Shown here: in pieces, positions 24,097 through 36,463 of the stretch | How the letters are laid out: each line of letters begins with the position of its first letter | Position numbering within the stretch: the first letter of the stretch is position 1 | From: Lophium mytilinum | Lineage: Eukaryota | DNA length: 64,000 nt | Direction: 5' to 3' | Assembly: GCA_010093605.1 (NCBI GenBank) | Contig: MU004182.1 | Span: 777,032-841,031, forward strand | Notes under the pieces: model-generated | Database searches by the model: none | Seen by the model: only the letters and a program-made list of their open reading frames with translations | What the model was told of the DNA's origin: nothing | Position numbers and translations under genes: made by a program

Positions 24097-25410
24097 ATGA
24101 AAGCCCTGAGCAGCCGCCTCCTCCCCAGCCTGAGACCGCTCTGCACGCAGCCAGTGCTGCAAAGCTTTCACAACATGGCTCCACTGCTCAATGGGCGTAG
24201 TCGCGCGCTCCTGTTGCTTCCACCCCCGCCATCTCCGCCGACGTTTACCGCCTTGAAGGCTGCTTACGGCCCGTCACTGTCCTCCGTCCTCACGGAGCTT
24301 GCCCGCTCACGTAGCAAATCTCAAGGTGCTGTGGTTCTGGACATCGCCCTGCCCTGTGATCATCTGTACGGCAAACAGGACCAACCTAGGAGCAGCACTT
24401 ACGCTACTACACAGCGGCTGGTGGCTGGGCTCTACAAGCTCGTCTGTGTCATCTCAGCCAAGGAATCGATTGACGTCGAGGATGCCGACGGCATAGACCC
24501 ACGTCTCTTACTTCTGGCCTATCCCCGGAATGGAAAACTGGACCAAGCCTTAATCTCACGACCAGAGTTGGACACCCAAGGCCCCATCATCAATATACCC
24601 ACCCTCGCCTCTTGTTCTCGGCCATGGGATACCATTTATGCCGTGGAATCTGAAGAGGGCGAGCAGATACTCAAGACTTTCCTTTCTAGCAGACCGCAGG
24701 ACTGCAATATACACAGGGTCCCGGCCGGCGTTGTGCAGGTCTCTCCCCAAGCTGAGCCAGCATCAGCCGCCCCTGCCTCAGTTGCAGCTACGATACACTA
24801 TTCTGTTGCCGTAGGTGGCACTTTTGATCATCTGCACATAGGCCACAAACTGCTCCTTACCATGTTTGCTCTCGCCCTGGATGCACCACCCGAGACTGCC
24901 GAGATTGAGCAGAGTCTGACCATCGGCATCACAGGGGACGAACTGCTCAAGAACAAAAAGTTTGCCGAATTCCTCGAGAGCTGGTCCCAGCGCCAACAGA
25001 GCGTGCACGACTTCATGAGCTCCATCCTAGACTTTGGTCCCAACGGAGACAGCCGCGTCGTGGCCAAGGAGCTGACAGAACCAGGCCCTAATGGACACGC
25101 TGTCCACGTAACTTTCCCGTCACATCTGGTGATCAAATACGTGGAGATCTGGGATCCCTTTGGGCCCACCATCACGGACGAGTCTATCTCTGCGCTGGTC
25201 CTCTCGGCCGAAACCCGTGCAGGTGGCAAGGCTGTCAATTCCAAGAGAGCCGAAAGGGGCTGGCCACAGCTCGAGGTGTTCGAGGTCGATGTCCTGGATG
25301 CGGAAGAAAATGATGGCGACGTGGAGCCGGCAGACGAGAGCTTTCAAAGCAAGATCAGCAGCACCGAGATCCGACGCATGCAAGCTGGGAAGTCGAAAAG
25401 CAAAAAGTAG
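24097..25410 (+). CDS. Phosphopantetheine adenylyltransferase-like cytidylyltransferase (Cab4-like)
   Basis: Motifs VAVGGTFDHLHIGHKLLL (HxGH), DPFGPTIT and KISSTEIR. A second in-frame ATG lies at 24175. Confidence 0.88.
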   Translation: MKALSSRLLPSLRPLCTQPVLQSFHNMAPLLNGRSRALLLLPPPPSPPTFTALKAAYGPSLSSVLTELARSRSKSQGAVVLDIALPCDHLYGKQDQPRSSTYATTQRLVAGLYKLVCVISAKESIDVEDADGIDPRLLLLAYPRNGKLDQALISRPELDTQGPIINIPTLASCSRPWDTIYAVESEEGEQILKTFLSSRPQDCNIHRVPAGVVQVSPQAEPASAAPASVAATIHYSVAVGGTFDHLHIGHKLLLTMFALALDAPPETAEIEQSLTIGITGDELLKNKKFAEFLESWSQRQQSVHDFMSSILDFGPNGDSRVVAKELTEPGPNGHAVHVTFPSHLVIKYVEIWDPFGPTITDESISALVLSAETRAGGKAVNSKRAERGWPQLEVFEVDVLDAEENDGDVEPADESFQSKISSTEIRRMQAGKSKSKK

Positions 25411-26995
25411 ACGGACTGCAAGGCGGACGCAGGTGCGGCACTTATCGGGCTCGGCGGGCTTCTCGTGGGGTGCAGTGATGATTCAGAAGGATGGGTAAGT
25501 GCTCAGATATGCGGGAGGGCTCCGCGTTTTGTGTAACGATGGAATGCCGGATGTCGGAGAAATGGACGCAGTTCGTGCAACCTCAGCAGTGCAAGCCACT
25601 GGAACACATGGCGCGTCCAGAGGCGACGAGCCGGCATCGTGTTTGTCGATGTTCCGGAAACGGGCCGTTGGACGTCAGGCTAGACGCGAGGGTGCGGCAC
25701 GGCTCGATTCCCGCAGCAGCGTTAGCAAATGGAGATGCATTGCGTCAGTGCTGGAAGCGTCGTGGTGTTGTCGACAACGCACGCCGACCAAAGCAACGGA
25801 TGACTGCAGGTCGTGATCCTTCCTTCTGTGCAGCCGGGCGATGCCTTGGTGTGCGTCTGGTGCAGGGAAGACGGCGAGAGGGGAATGCGACCTTATATTT
25901 GGCAATACGGCGTCACTGACAGCGGCGGTCCACGTCGCGGCGGCTCGTCCCACTGCGCGGATCGCACGTCTGCTGGTTTGCTGGCCCGGCTGAGGGCCTC
26001 CGTAGACGTGCGAGGAGCGCGAGAATGCACAACATTTTCATCGTAGCGCTTGTTCGCCCCAGTCACGTTCGCAGTATGCTGCACCGCTTCGCTGGCCACG
26101 CATGCATGGGGCAGGGATCTGGAAGCCCACTTGCCGCACCACGGTCGAATGAAGTTGCTTGGCCCAAGTTCCTTCTGGCATCGTTGCCGTGCATGGCGGA
26201 CCTGCGGGCGACTGCGCCTGGGACGGAAAACTTGCATGAGCCAAAGGTCATGTGATTGCGGCCAGGATGGGCGCCCGTACACTGCAACGTGCTAGCTGGA
26301 GTGATGGATATAGCGGTGGCCAATTTACCCTGTTCGTCTAGAGTCTGTTGCGCTCTCTGCTCTTGCTCGCGTGTATGCCATTTTGGAGGAGAAATATCAC
26401 TTCACGCTCATGCTTCAGCCCGTGGGCCAAAACAGCCGATTAGCATCGCATCTGACAGCTTCGAGCCAGTACTCCCGTCGACTGAGGCCCTGAGCGGCTC
26501 CGTTTCTTCTGGCACCAGGAAACGAGGGCACCCAGGGCCGGATTGGGCTCGCACATGCAGCCAAGTGCGGGCAGTATACAGAGCCCCCCTCCTGGCCCTA
26601 AAGGAGCTATGAAGGCCTCATGATTCGCCGGTCGGGCCCCCGATCCAACTCGGCGTGCATTCGCAGCGCAACTGCGCGTCCACTCTCGACCTTCATCCAC
26701 GATAGCGCTCGGCTGACCCGCAGCAATAAGTCTGGCGACGGCTGTCATCTTGCAGAGGCACTTTGCTTTTAATCATCATGTCCCTCGCTGCTCCGACGAC
26801 TACTCAAAGACCCGAACCCGCGCTGCCCGCAACACCACGCCCAGCCCTTCCAGCCCTATCTTCGACGCCCGCCCGCTACGACCCGTGACGTCTCTCGCGA
26901 CGCCCTCTGCACTCGGCCCGTACTCGCCCTGCCACCCGGTGTGCTCCCCCAGGCGGCGAGGCCCGGTAGATGCTTCTCTTACCCCGCGGCGCGCC

Positions 26996-28605
26996 ATGGA
27001 CTTCGTTCCCGGCATCCTCAGGCTCAGCAGTGAGCTGCTGCGCGAGATACTCGACCATATCGAAGCAGACCCCGAAAAGCTAGTCAGCCTCGATCGCCGC
27101 GCCTATCTGTCGCAGGAGTCGTTCAAGCCGCCGCCGCCCCCGGCCCGAGACCAGGCCGCGAACATCGCCAGCTTCCGGCTAACATGTCGACGTTTCTCGG
27201 AGCTTGGCGCCATCCACCAATTTGCCCGCGTGACAACCCGCTTCTCGCGCAAGGGCCTGAAACGGCTGGAGAACATAGCGGGTCAGGAGCACCTGGCCAA
27301 GCATGTCAAGAAGTTCAGTTACATGGTGCCGTTTTTCTACGTCGAGGGTGCGCGCGTCCCCCCTAGTCCTGGAACTGCGGCTAACAGCGTGCAGGCCGCG
27401 AACGGGTGCGAGATCTGCTACCCAATCTGGGGGACAGCCTCGGCTTCCTCGATGTGCGCCATTTCCAGCGGAAGGTGAACGAGCAGAAAGAGATCGTGCA
27501 GACCAAGGAAGATGCCCGCGTCCTCACCAAGGCCATATCCGCCTTCACCTCGCTGCAGCACGTGCAGATTCTGCGAGTCCAGGACCAGGAGGACGGGCTC
27601 CTTCTGGCCTACATCCGCCAGCACGACGAGCTCGGCCAGCTGGTGGAGCTGAAATGGCCGCCTGCCTGCTCCCACAGCACTAAGACTATCGGTGCGGCTC
27701 TGCTGGCGTCGCGGTCGCCCTGCACGCGCTTCTCGTCGCCTATGCTGAGCCCGGTGAGCGTCATCGGCCTGGCCCAGGACCCTCCAAACACCTTCCAAGT
27801 GCTGGCAGAGCGCCTGACCTGCCTCGAACTGCATTTCGACGACGGGTACGACCTCGACAACCGCATGAAAGAGCTTTCCGCGCTGTCGAAAGTTGTCTTC
27901 AGCGCTGCCAAGAATATGCAAGCCGTTCACATTGGATTTCCCTCGCATAGGCCACTAGGCTTGAAGTTGGAAGACATCTTCCACAACGTCAAGTGGGATA
28001 AACTGCTCGCATTCGGCATCCAAGCATGGAAGCTGGACGCAGACGAGATCATCGCACTCGCACGGCGGCATCGAGAAAAGCTGCGTGGACTACGGCTAAG
28101 AGACGTGCTTCTAAAAGACGGAAGTCGGTGGAAAGACGTCCTAGCGTTTCTACGGGACGATATGGCGAGGCTGGACTGGGTGAGCCTAAGAAGAATCGAC
28201 TACGCAAAACACTTTGATGAGCAGTGGACGCTGGGAGCTGAGGTGCCTGACGACCCGCCAGGAGGTGCCTCCGACAGTGATGAAGAAAGCGACGACTGGG
28301 ACCCCCACGCCGAAGCCATTGGGGACGAATCGCCTGACCAGTCCGACATTGAAAGCACAGGTTCTCCCGAAACGGACTCAGAGGCCGGAAGCGACGACGA
28401 GCCGGAGCAAGGCGGGGGCATGGATTTCCCCCCAATGTCACCAGACACGCCTGCGTCGGCGGCGTGGTGCAGTTGCAACGGCCGCACCGGATATCCAGAC
28501 AGCGCCGACGATCTCGGTGACGATGGTATTGCGGTCTCCTACCCCCAACGCAAGCTGTGGGAGAAGTGGGTGGTCAGGCGGTGCGCAGAGCACAGCCACA
28601 AGTAG
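26996..28605 (+). CDS. Conserved fungal hypothetical protein with a degenerate N-terminal F-box-like motif and an LRR-like region
   Basis: Two exons with an intron at about 27348-27394 (GTGCGC...GCTAAC...CAG). Motifs ILRLSSELLREILDHI and FRLTCRRF; acidic C-terminus; coding-like codon usage. Confidence 0.75.
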
Positions 28606-30008
28606 GGCCATAGATGTCCGCGAATTGAACAGCGGCAGAGCCACATCTCTCCACGACTCGCTGATCCCTGACCCCGATAGCCGCCGGGCCACGTACTTAC
28701 ATCCTCGACTGGCTAGCATAACCCAGGTATGTCCTGGCTCCCACCCACTTTAGCCTATGCTTGCTGCGTTTTGCAAAATTACCTCGTCCGACACTCATGG
28801 CGTGCTCCCGCTGGCATGCCTTTCTGCAATAAAGCTGTCGGGCCGCGGTCATCATGCAGCCTGGGGCCTGTACACATCACACCTGCACCGGCAGTTGTTG
28901 GGGGTAAACGCATCGAGGCCAATCGCAGCGCACGCATATCTTTTCCCATAAAGCTTCACCGACCGCGGCTCTAGACTCCTCCCCACAGCCTGGATGCTGT
29001 CTCCCCACACTCATACCGTTGTCAAATCAGCGTGCGCACTCTCAGCCCTTTTGCATGGTATCGGCGTATATCATTTGTTGGCAATGCATCGGGGTTTCCT
29101 GGCGCGACGTGTTTCATGGTGGCACACTGCTTTGCTCACGACGGGTTTCTGTCCAATCGACCATAGCAAATGCTTGCTTAGCTTGTTGTTTTAGATGGGT
29201 GTCAGCATCTTCTGACACTGCTAGCGTGCGGTGAGAGAGGTTTGTGTTCTCTATTTCTGCACCGCGAGCAAATATCTTTATAATAGTATTTTGGTACAAA
29301 ATTCAACCTGAGGCTTGCCTCCAATAGATTTTCTTTTCTTTTCAATCTCCTCCGCACCCCTCTACTTTTCTTTCAAACATTAGGCGACCATAATGAGGCG
29401 ACCAATTTCGGATATGTCAAAATGGGCCATGTGGGTCACGTGACAAGCACATGACGGCTGCGACTTTCCCACGTGGGGCATACAAAGTGTTGGCGCACTC
29501 AACCGCATTCTGCCTCTCATACACTTGTCTGCCGCTGTTTATGGTGCTTCAATGCATTTCTAGATATAGGAATGAGATAGCTTTGGGCTATCTGGAGCCT
29601 TGTTGAAGCATCTCAAGCAGTGGCAGACAGATGTACACACGACCGCAAAAGACAGATCTGGATGAGTGTGCCACTTTTTTCATGCCCGGCGTGTTTCCGT
29701 TGCTAAGCGACATTTATGACTTCACCTGTGGCCAACACATAGCAAACACGAATACAAAGACTTACCTCGGGGAAACGAGCAGGCACACTACCGACAACAG
29801 CAGAACTTTTACATATCCACAGCCTCCAGCCTCGGGAAAACGAAACAAGCTCACTGTCAAACAACAGCAGCTCTTTCATCTCTGCACAACCATAACCCCC
29901 AATCTTGGGAATAGGAAACAACCCCGCAACTCTTTCATCTCCGCAAATCCATAGCCTCCACCTCGTGCCTCTACTTGGCGCTGTTTTCAACCCACTTCAA
30001 GTCTGCGA

Positions 30009-31475
30009 ATGGCTTTCCGAGCCATGGAAAAGAACTCGATTGCAGATCTTGCAGATACCCTCACTCACACCGCCATCAACGATTGGGGCGATGGCGACGC
30101 CAGCATTCACCAGCCTTTTCGGCTTCTTGACCTGCCCCGAGAGCTCCGAGACCTCATATATGAGCAGATGCTGTTTCCTTTCGACACTATTGCTCCACAC
30201 CTTGATCATAACAAAATCTGTATGGAAGAAGTGTCTATATCTGACAAGCCTTGCAAAACCACTATCTGGTCTACCTCATATCAGGATGGCGAGCTCGTCG
30301 CGGTGCTTCCTGCGTCCGCTGATAACGAGGATCTGGCTTCCTTCAGCACGTATCGAGATTCCAAGTACTATCGGAAGGCACCGGACATGAACATCTTCCT
30401 GGCCAACACTCAAATCTACGAAGAAGCACGCCCGATTTTCTACCGCATGAACTGGTTTCTATTCCCAGGTCTCGCTGCTTGTCTGGCGTTCCTCAACGAC
30501 CGGCCTAAAGAGGCACTCCGAGATATACGTTCCATCGATTTCAAGATCTACGAATACTGCAATGTGCAGACGACTGGTACTTTTGAGACCTCTATAAGTA
30601 TGGGGGACATCGCACGGCGGATTTGTGAGACCATTAGCCAGGACATGGAACTTCATCATCTGACCCTTCGCATGCATACCATGGTTTTGGACATGGATGA
30701 GAGCCCGCATTTCAATTGGCACGGTCGAAGCGGGAAGTTGGACGTCAACAGCGAGCCTGATGTTCTTCTTCCAGAGTGGGTCCCCGTTTTCCTCAACATC
30801 AGCAACCTCCAGTCCCTAACGATAGACTGGTCATCGAACGTTTTTAATATTGTGGGTCGGTCACTTGCAGCTGTGCGAGCTATGAGGGCCCACATGATTA
30901 AAAACGGGCAGAACCTGAAGAATGAGGGCATCAGAATCCAAATGAGACACGATGTCGAATCTGGAGACGACCTGGAATGGCACCGTACCTCAGACCGATG
31001 TATGCAACTAAACATGAATGTCGACCACCGTGGCAAGACCGTATATCGACGAATGAGACGAGTTCATACCGACGACCGTTGTGGGTTTACCGATTGCGGC
31101 CACTTCTACACCGGACATAACCTATGCTGGTGTAAACGAGAAGCAGCGGCTGTGAATGAACCCGAGACGCATGTTGCAGGCCAGGCCACCGATAGCGAAG
31201 GCCAAACGCACGAAGATGGATCTGACCAGGTCTCAGCCTCAGAGACCGCAAAGGAAGCTATCGATGAGCAAGAGCCGAACGTCGATGAGGCTGATGGAGA
31301 AGAGCACGGCAACGAAGATGACGAAGAAGACAGGCTCTCCGCTGAGGATTACGGCTGGGACACGCAGCTCCACTGTCATCTCGGCGACGAGCAGTCCTAC
31401 ACTGCGAGCGACTTCGGAGACACTGATAGTGTGCTGAGTGTTCATGGCTGGAGCGATGATGAGGCGGAGACATAG
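30009..31475 (+). CDS. Hypothetical protein with an F-box-like/2EXR-like N-terminal motif
   Basis: 488-aa single-exon ORF with PFRLLDLPRELRDLIYEQML and IFLANTQIYEEARPIFY. Confidence 0.75.
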   Translation: MAFRAMEKNSIADLADTLTHTAINDWGDGDASIHQPFRLLDLPRELRDLIYEQMLFPFDTIAPHLDHNKICMEEVSISDKPCKTTIWSTSYQDGELVAVLPASADNEDLASFSTYRDSKYYRKAPDMNIFLANTQIYEEARPIFYRMNWFLFPGLAACLAFLNDRPKEALRDIRSIDFKIYEYCNVQTTGTFETSISMGDIARRICETISQDMELHHLTLRMHTMVLDMDESPHFNWHGRSGKLDVNSEPDVLLPEWVPVFLNISNLQSLTIDWSSNVFNIVGRSLAAVRAMRAHMIKNGQNLKNEGIRIQMRHDVESGDDLEWHRTSDRCMQLNMNVDHRGKTVYRRMRRVHTDDRCGFTDCGHFYTGHNLCWCKREAAAVNEPETHVAGQATDSEGQTHEDGSDQVSASETAKEAIDEQEPNVDEADGEEHGNEDDEEDRLSAEDYGWDTQLHCHLGDEQSYTASDFGDTDSVLSVHGWSDDEAET

Positions 31476-32056
31476 AGTACTAGGCCATAATTGTAGGCAT
31501 ACAGATATCATTGCTCGAGTGTCGATTTTGCAAGCTGGACGGCACTGTCAGTGGCGGCCCCATGGTGAGAATACCTCTTGTTCAAAAGGATGCTCGGATT
31601 AAGCTGTCTAGAACTTGACATGACGCCTACCTTGCGGTCACCCTATTGGAGCACTCCCAGCAATGGTAAACGAGTGTGCACAGAGTTCTGCCCTGTCACT
31701 GTAGCCACCAAGTACGGGGACTCTTGACCTCTGATTGAATCCTTGCTGAGCATATGTTGAGGCGATGCAAGCGGCAGATCAGACAGCAGATGCATCGATT
31801 GGTACCCCCGTGAGAACTGCCTTGGCCACTAAATCTCCTAGTAAAAAGTCTGGTAGGACGAAAGAATTCTGGGTGGTTACTCTCCACTCTTATCTAACAC
31901 TACCCTTGATGTTTCAGATTAACCTTCTTTGCGCTCCCGATACTCTCCTGTCATACTAGTCAAGAACAAAATCAAACAAAGAGTGATTTCTATTCCTCTT
32001 GCTATCCGTGTGCCAATAGTACTGAAAAATGGCCAAGCCCTTTACCCATCCTCCAA

Positions 32057-33728
32057 CTAAAACACCACCCCAGCAGCCGGCGTAGCAGCCGCTTCTCTAG
32101 CACCAAAACTCCATGTATAGACCGGGAAGTCAACCGACGAAGACAAAGACAAAGACGAAGACGAAGAGGAACTCAAGGTCGTCGAAGTCGTTGTAGAAGA
32201 CTTATGATGCCAGATCCACTTCGAATGATGCTTATGCCCGCAGCCTTCCTTGGGACACGGCTCGCGTTCCTCGAAACCCTCCCCCCGAGCAACTTTAGGT
32301 GCGGGCGTAGCAACCGCAACTGCTCGTTCTCCCGGGAAGCTCCACGTATAGGGAGGGAGTTCAACGGAGGTAGATGATGATGAAGCCGACGATGAGGTGG
32401 AAGATGAAGAAGAGGTTGTCGAAGTCGCCTTGTGGTGCCAGACCCATTTCGAGTGGTGTTTGTGCCCGCATCCCCCTTCAGGACATGCTTCGCGTTTCGC
32501 AATTTGTCTGCCGTCGGGGACGGCGCGCTGGTCAATGGGGAGCGCGGAATCTTCGTCCCAGTGGTGCTGCTTTGGGCCGTAGTTGTTCTGATACTCGTAG
32601 CTGTAGTCTTCGGCATCATCATCGTCGATCGTGATGATGACTTTGTTGATGTTCACGTTCTTGTGGTCGGTGTTTCCAGGGGCAGCCGAGTAAGGGGTCT
32701 CTGAAGGTACTTCACCAGCGCCAATACCGGGCCCAATTGCTCCGAGGTTAGAGTCGCATCCAGCGGCCGCGTTCTGCGCTATCGTGTTTGGGGTAGCAAC
32801 CATGAGTTGCTTGAGGAAGTCGAGCCCGATGAGGTAGCCGTTTGTGGGATCGGTAGGGTTATTGGGGTTCGTGAAGGAGTCCTCCGTCCCTAATATCAAA
32901 CAGCGTTAGCATCATTTCCTACCATCCACTAGGATATCAGAAAGGGCTTCGAAGACTCACAAAACGACGCATCCGCCTCAATATGCGGCCCCGCCAACCC
33001 CAACACCCCCTTCCCAAACCCCATCAACCCCGCCGCAATATTCTGATCCGCCGTATACTGGCCCACAACCTCCAAGTCCTTGCTACACCCGCTCGAAGAG
33101 TTGTCAAGCAGCGTAAGCCCATCCTGGAAGAATAACCACTGTCCGGTGAGCAGCGTGCCGTTCGCGAGCGTGTAGTCGATTTGGATAGTCGTGTCGGCGT
33201 CAGTCGGCCTCTGCGTGCCGTTTTGGAGCCACTCATCGTCAACTAAGATACCGCTGGGAAACATGTTGAAGCCCACGGTCGCGGAGGTGTCGCTGAAGTT
33301 CCCTGCGAGGTAGCCGCCCTGGCAGATGCCGAGATATCTGCCACCATTGCGGACGTAGGAGCGGATTTTGGTGCTCAGGGGTTGCATGTCGGCCCAGACG
33401 TCGTCGTAGTCGGTTGTGTTGTCTAGGGATAGGGTCAGTAAGATGGTGTTCAATGGCGAAGGACTGTGTACTTACCGCCTCCACCGGGCTGCAGATAGAG
33501 ATCAACTCCAGTGAGATCGGCCGCAAGTAATTGAGAGTGGTTCAAGAATTCGATACTGCTGAAGCCAAGGGAGGAGTTCCCTAAAAGCCAGCCTGCGGCG
33601 TCCCAGCATGAGCTGTTCGTTGTCAAACCGTCCTCGCACCAGGCAGCCAAACCGGTGTAGACCACAGCTTTGTAGGCGAAGGAAAAGCCATGGTACAAGG
33701 AAAAGACCCAGAGCGATGAAGTTTTCAT
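32057..33728 (-). CDS. Secreted class I glutamine amidotransferase-like (BPL_N-type) protein with a C-terminal duplicated His/Cys-rich repeat
   Basis: Exons 33728-33476, 33422-32961 and 32889-32057, with canonical splice sites and consistent phases. Signal-peptide-like N-terminus; motifs DLYLQPGGG, GGRYLGICQGGYLAG and GPHIEA. Confidence 0.8.
32060..32497 (-). repeat. Intragenic duplication with a 228-nt (76-aa) period, two copies
   Basis: REACPEGGCGHKHHSKWVWHHK...VELPPYTWSF versus REPCPKEGCGHKHHSKWIWHHK...VDFPVYTWSF. Confidence 0.9.
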
Positions 33729-34172
33729 AGCTTGAGGACTATGAAGTTTGTTGAGAAACTCAGGTATCTTCTGAAGGAGGCCGTGCAGTGTAGTGGAGGA
33801 GGTAGGCTTGTTGACACGCGCTGCTGCGTTCAGGAATGTGGGAGGGAATGAAGAATACTTGCTCGTTGCCACACCAATCCAACAACGTGCGTATGTCAGG
33901 ATGCTCAGGCTCTCAGGGTTGCCGTAATTGTCGCATTCAATTATGTAGTGATGTACCCAAAGGAACTCGTGAGGCTCTAGACAAGAAGACGTAAATATGA
34001 AAATGTGTAACTTGGAATAAGAGAAAAGCGTATCTACTAAGTCCGCCAGTACTAATACAGTCATGAGCGCATTAATCCTTCTGTCCACTTCAAAGTTAGG
34101 AGAAGAATGTAGGACTGGTAGGGCGGTCCAAGATCGAATACCTCTACTCTCGCGAGCACTGACGTGAAAACC

Positions 34173-36463
34173 CTACCAGCTCTCCCACTTCTGCCCACCA
34201 AGCGCTATGAGCCGATTGAACAGCTCGTCCCTCAACGGGCAAGCAGTGATCCTCCACGTATCACCCTTGCGATCCACAATTTCCAATCCATCCGCGACCT
34301 CCCTATCAAGCGCCCAGCCCACTACCAGCTTCGCCTTCCATCCAAACCCGCCAATCTTCTTGAGCTCTTTGATATCGCCCACGGGAATGCTCCATACAGC
34401 ATGCAGATCCTCTCGATCTACACTACCGATCTTCTCAATACTCGAGTCACCCGAGAATGCCACGCAAGGGATTGTGGCCTTGGTGCTGATGTACGTATGA
34501 CCCTTGTTGCCCTTATAGCGGCACTTGAAATCAACAGGTCCGGAAATCTTCGGCACATTTGGCTTGGGAATCACTCCTAAGCGGTTCTTTGCGTGACCAG
34601 AGCCAGCTTTGGCTTTCAGCCTGTCTGCGCCGATGCTGGTCTCGACGGCAGCTTTGGCGGTAGACTTGAAGAAGCCGAGAACGCGGCTGCCCTTTTTGCC
34701 GTGCTTGGTGTTCTTGGAGGCATCGATGTCAGTGCCGCCGGTTTCGTGTGCCGTGGTCGGATCGTGAGACATGGCGTCGTCAAGTTCTTCTTGAGTCGCA
34801 TTCAAAGGCCAATCAGCGCCAGTAGCTCGGAGATGCTCGTCGCTCAGGTTAGCGGGTTGGTCTGGAGGGGCAGTAGCGGTTTGAGGCGGTGGGGGAAGAG
34901 GAGCTTTGTTTGCTTCGCCGATGCGGAGGAGGGTGAGAGTTAACTGAGCATTCGTGGGGACGCCTTTGAGAATTGTACTGAAAGCCGTTAGCATCCTAGA
35001 TTGAAGGTCGAGGTTAGACCCAAAACTCACTTTCTAATCTCCAACAGCTTCTTCCAGTTAGGGAACTTTCGGTTGAGAATCTCCAAGCCGCGAGATGTAA
35101 TGGGGTCACCGAAGAATCCGAAACCAGCGCCAAAGGTGACGCCCTTCATAAACATATATGAGTTCACGAAGATAGATATGAGAAACACAGGTACGATGAG
35201 GGCTGCTAGCCGAAGTCTGTGTGTTTCACGGGGAAACGGTGGTGTAGGAGAGAGAGCACTATGCGGAAGTCAGTGATATACAGTCACTGAAAGCTCATGG
35301 CACTTACTTGGCGAAACGCTCCCAAGTATCCGTGGCATCTGCAATCCCATGCATAATAGGTCTCATCTTCGTCCACATAGCTGTTTCCATTGGAACCTTA
35401 GTCTTGTCGTGCTTGTCAGTGGGTGTAGCTCCGGCCGCTTTGTCCTTGGCGTCGGCTGCTCCAATAGCGATGGCAGTCGGGTCAGGGATCGAACTGCTAG
35501 GTGAATCCTCATCACCCCGTGGTTCGCCCTGGGGGTGTTTGCCCGTGGCGCTGCTCAAAGCTACCGATGCAATTCCATTGACGAAGTTGCTCGCCTCAGC
35601 TTCAACTGCTTCGCCTTTGTGGTTCTCAGCTGCTCCGGTTGCGCTATCATGGCTTCCTAAAACACCGGCCTTAGGCTTTTGTACGCCACCAGAACTGCTC
35701 ACAAGCGCTAAGGGAGCTGGAGGAAACAGGATGGCGCGGCAGGGTGGGTATGCGATCAGTGCGATTATGGTGAGGGAGAACAACGGTACGAGACAATCGA
35801 GTAGCCATGCAGCAAAGTAGGCCTGAGGATGTTAGCGCTTACCGGTTGCTGTGAACATGGTGCTTGCTCACTGTGCAGAACCAGGCTGTTCTTCGCGTCT
35901 CGCGCCATGAACGAAGTCGAACGATCTGCTTGCCGAAGCCCATAAGGCCAATGATCTACTTCCATGAGTTACAGTCCTATGTCTACTTCTCATGGTAGCT
36001 TACTATAGTCATGTATAATCGCTCCACGTTGCTTCTAAGCTTGTCTGGGGAGAACTCCTCCTCGTCTGCGATGTTGAGGTCCAGACCTCCTGGAACGGCA
36101 TATGGGTACTCCTTGACATGATACATTTGCTTCAAGGAAGGTCAGCCAACACTCCATATCCCCGTTGGTGTTTCTTACCTTATCGAACCTTCGAATCAAG
36201 ACCCAAAGCTCGTCATTTGGAAGTCCCCCAACAAGTGGACTAGCCACAGCGTGCTGCGGTTCGTTCCACCCTAGATCCACGACCTCCTGGTCATGCTCTA
36301 CCTGGGCTGCACCCTTCTCCTCGTGGTCAGCCATAGCAAGAGCATGGCTTTCTGTCGGTTGATCTCGAAGAGTGTGGGAAAGGTCCTTGTTTTCCGGTGT
36401 CTCTGCGACTGACGTCTCCTTCGGGATAGGAAGCAGGTCCTTGTATACGACGCCGCCTGACAT
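34173..36463 (-). CDS. DUF3292-type membrane protein
   Basis: Multi-exon gene. Conserved-looking segments VVDLGWN, LVGGLPNDELWVLIRRFDK|QMYHVK, GGLDLNIADEEEFSPDKLRSNVERLY and C-terminal RDELFNRLIALGGQKWESW. Confidence 0.8.

Noticed and set aside
25491..26990. ORFs between the adenylyltransferase and the F-box-like gene
   Set aside because: GC-rich promoter or leader-like sequence with no protein motifs.
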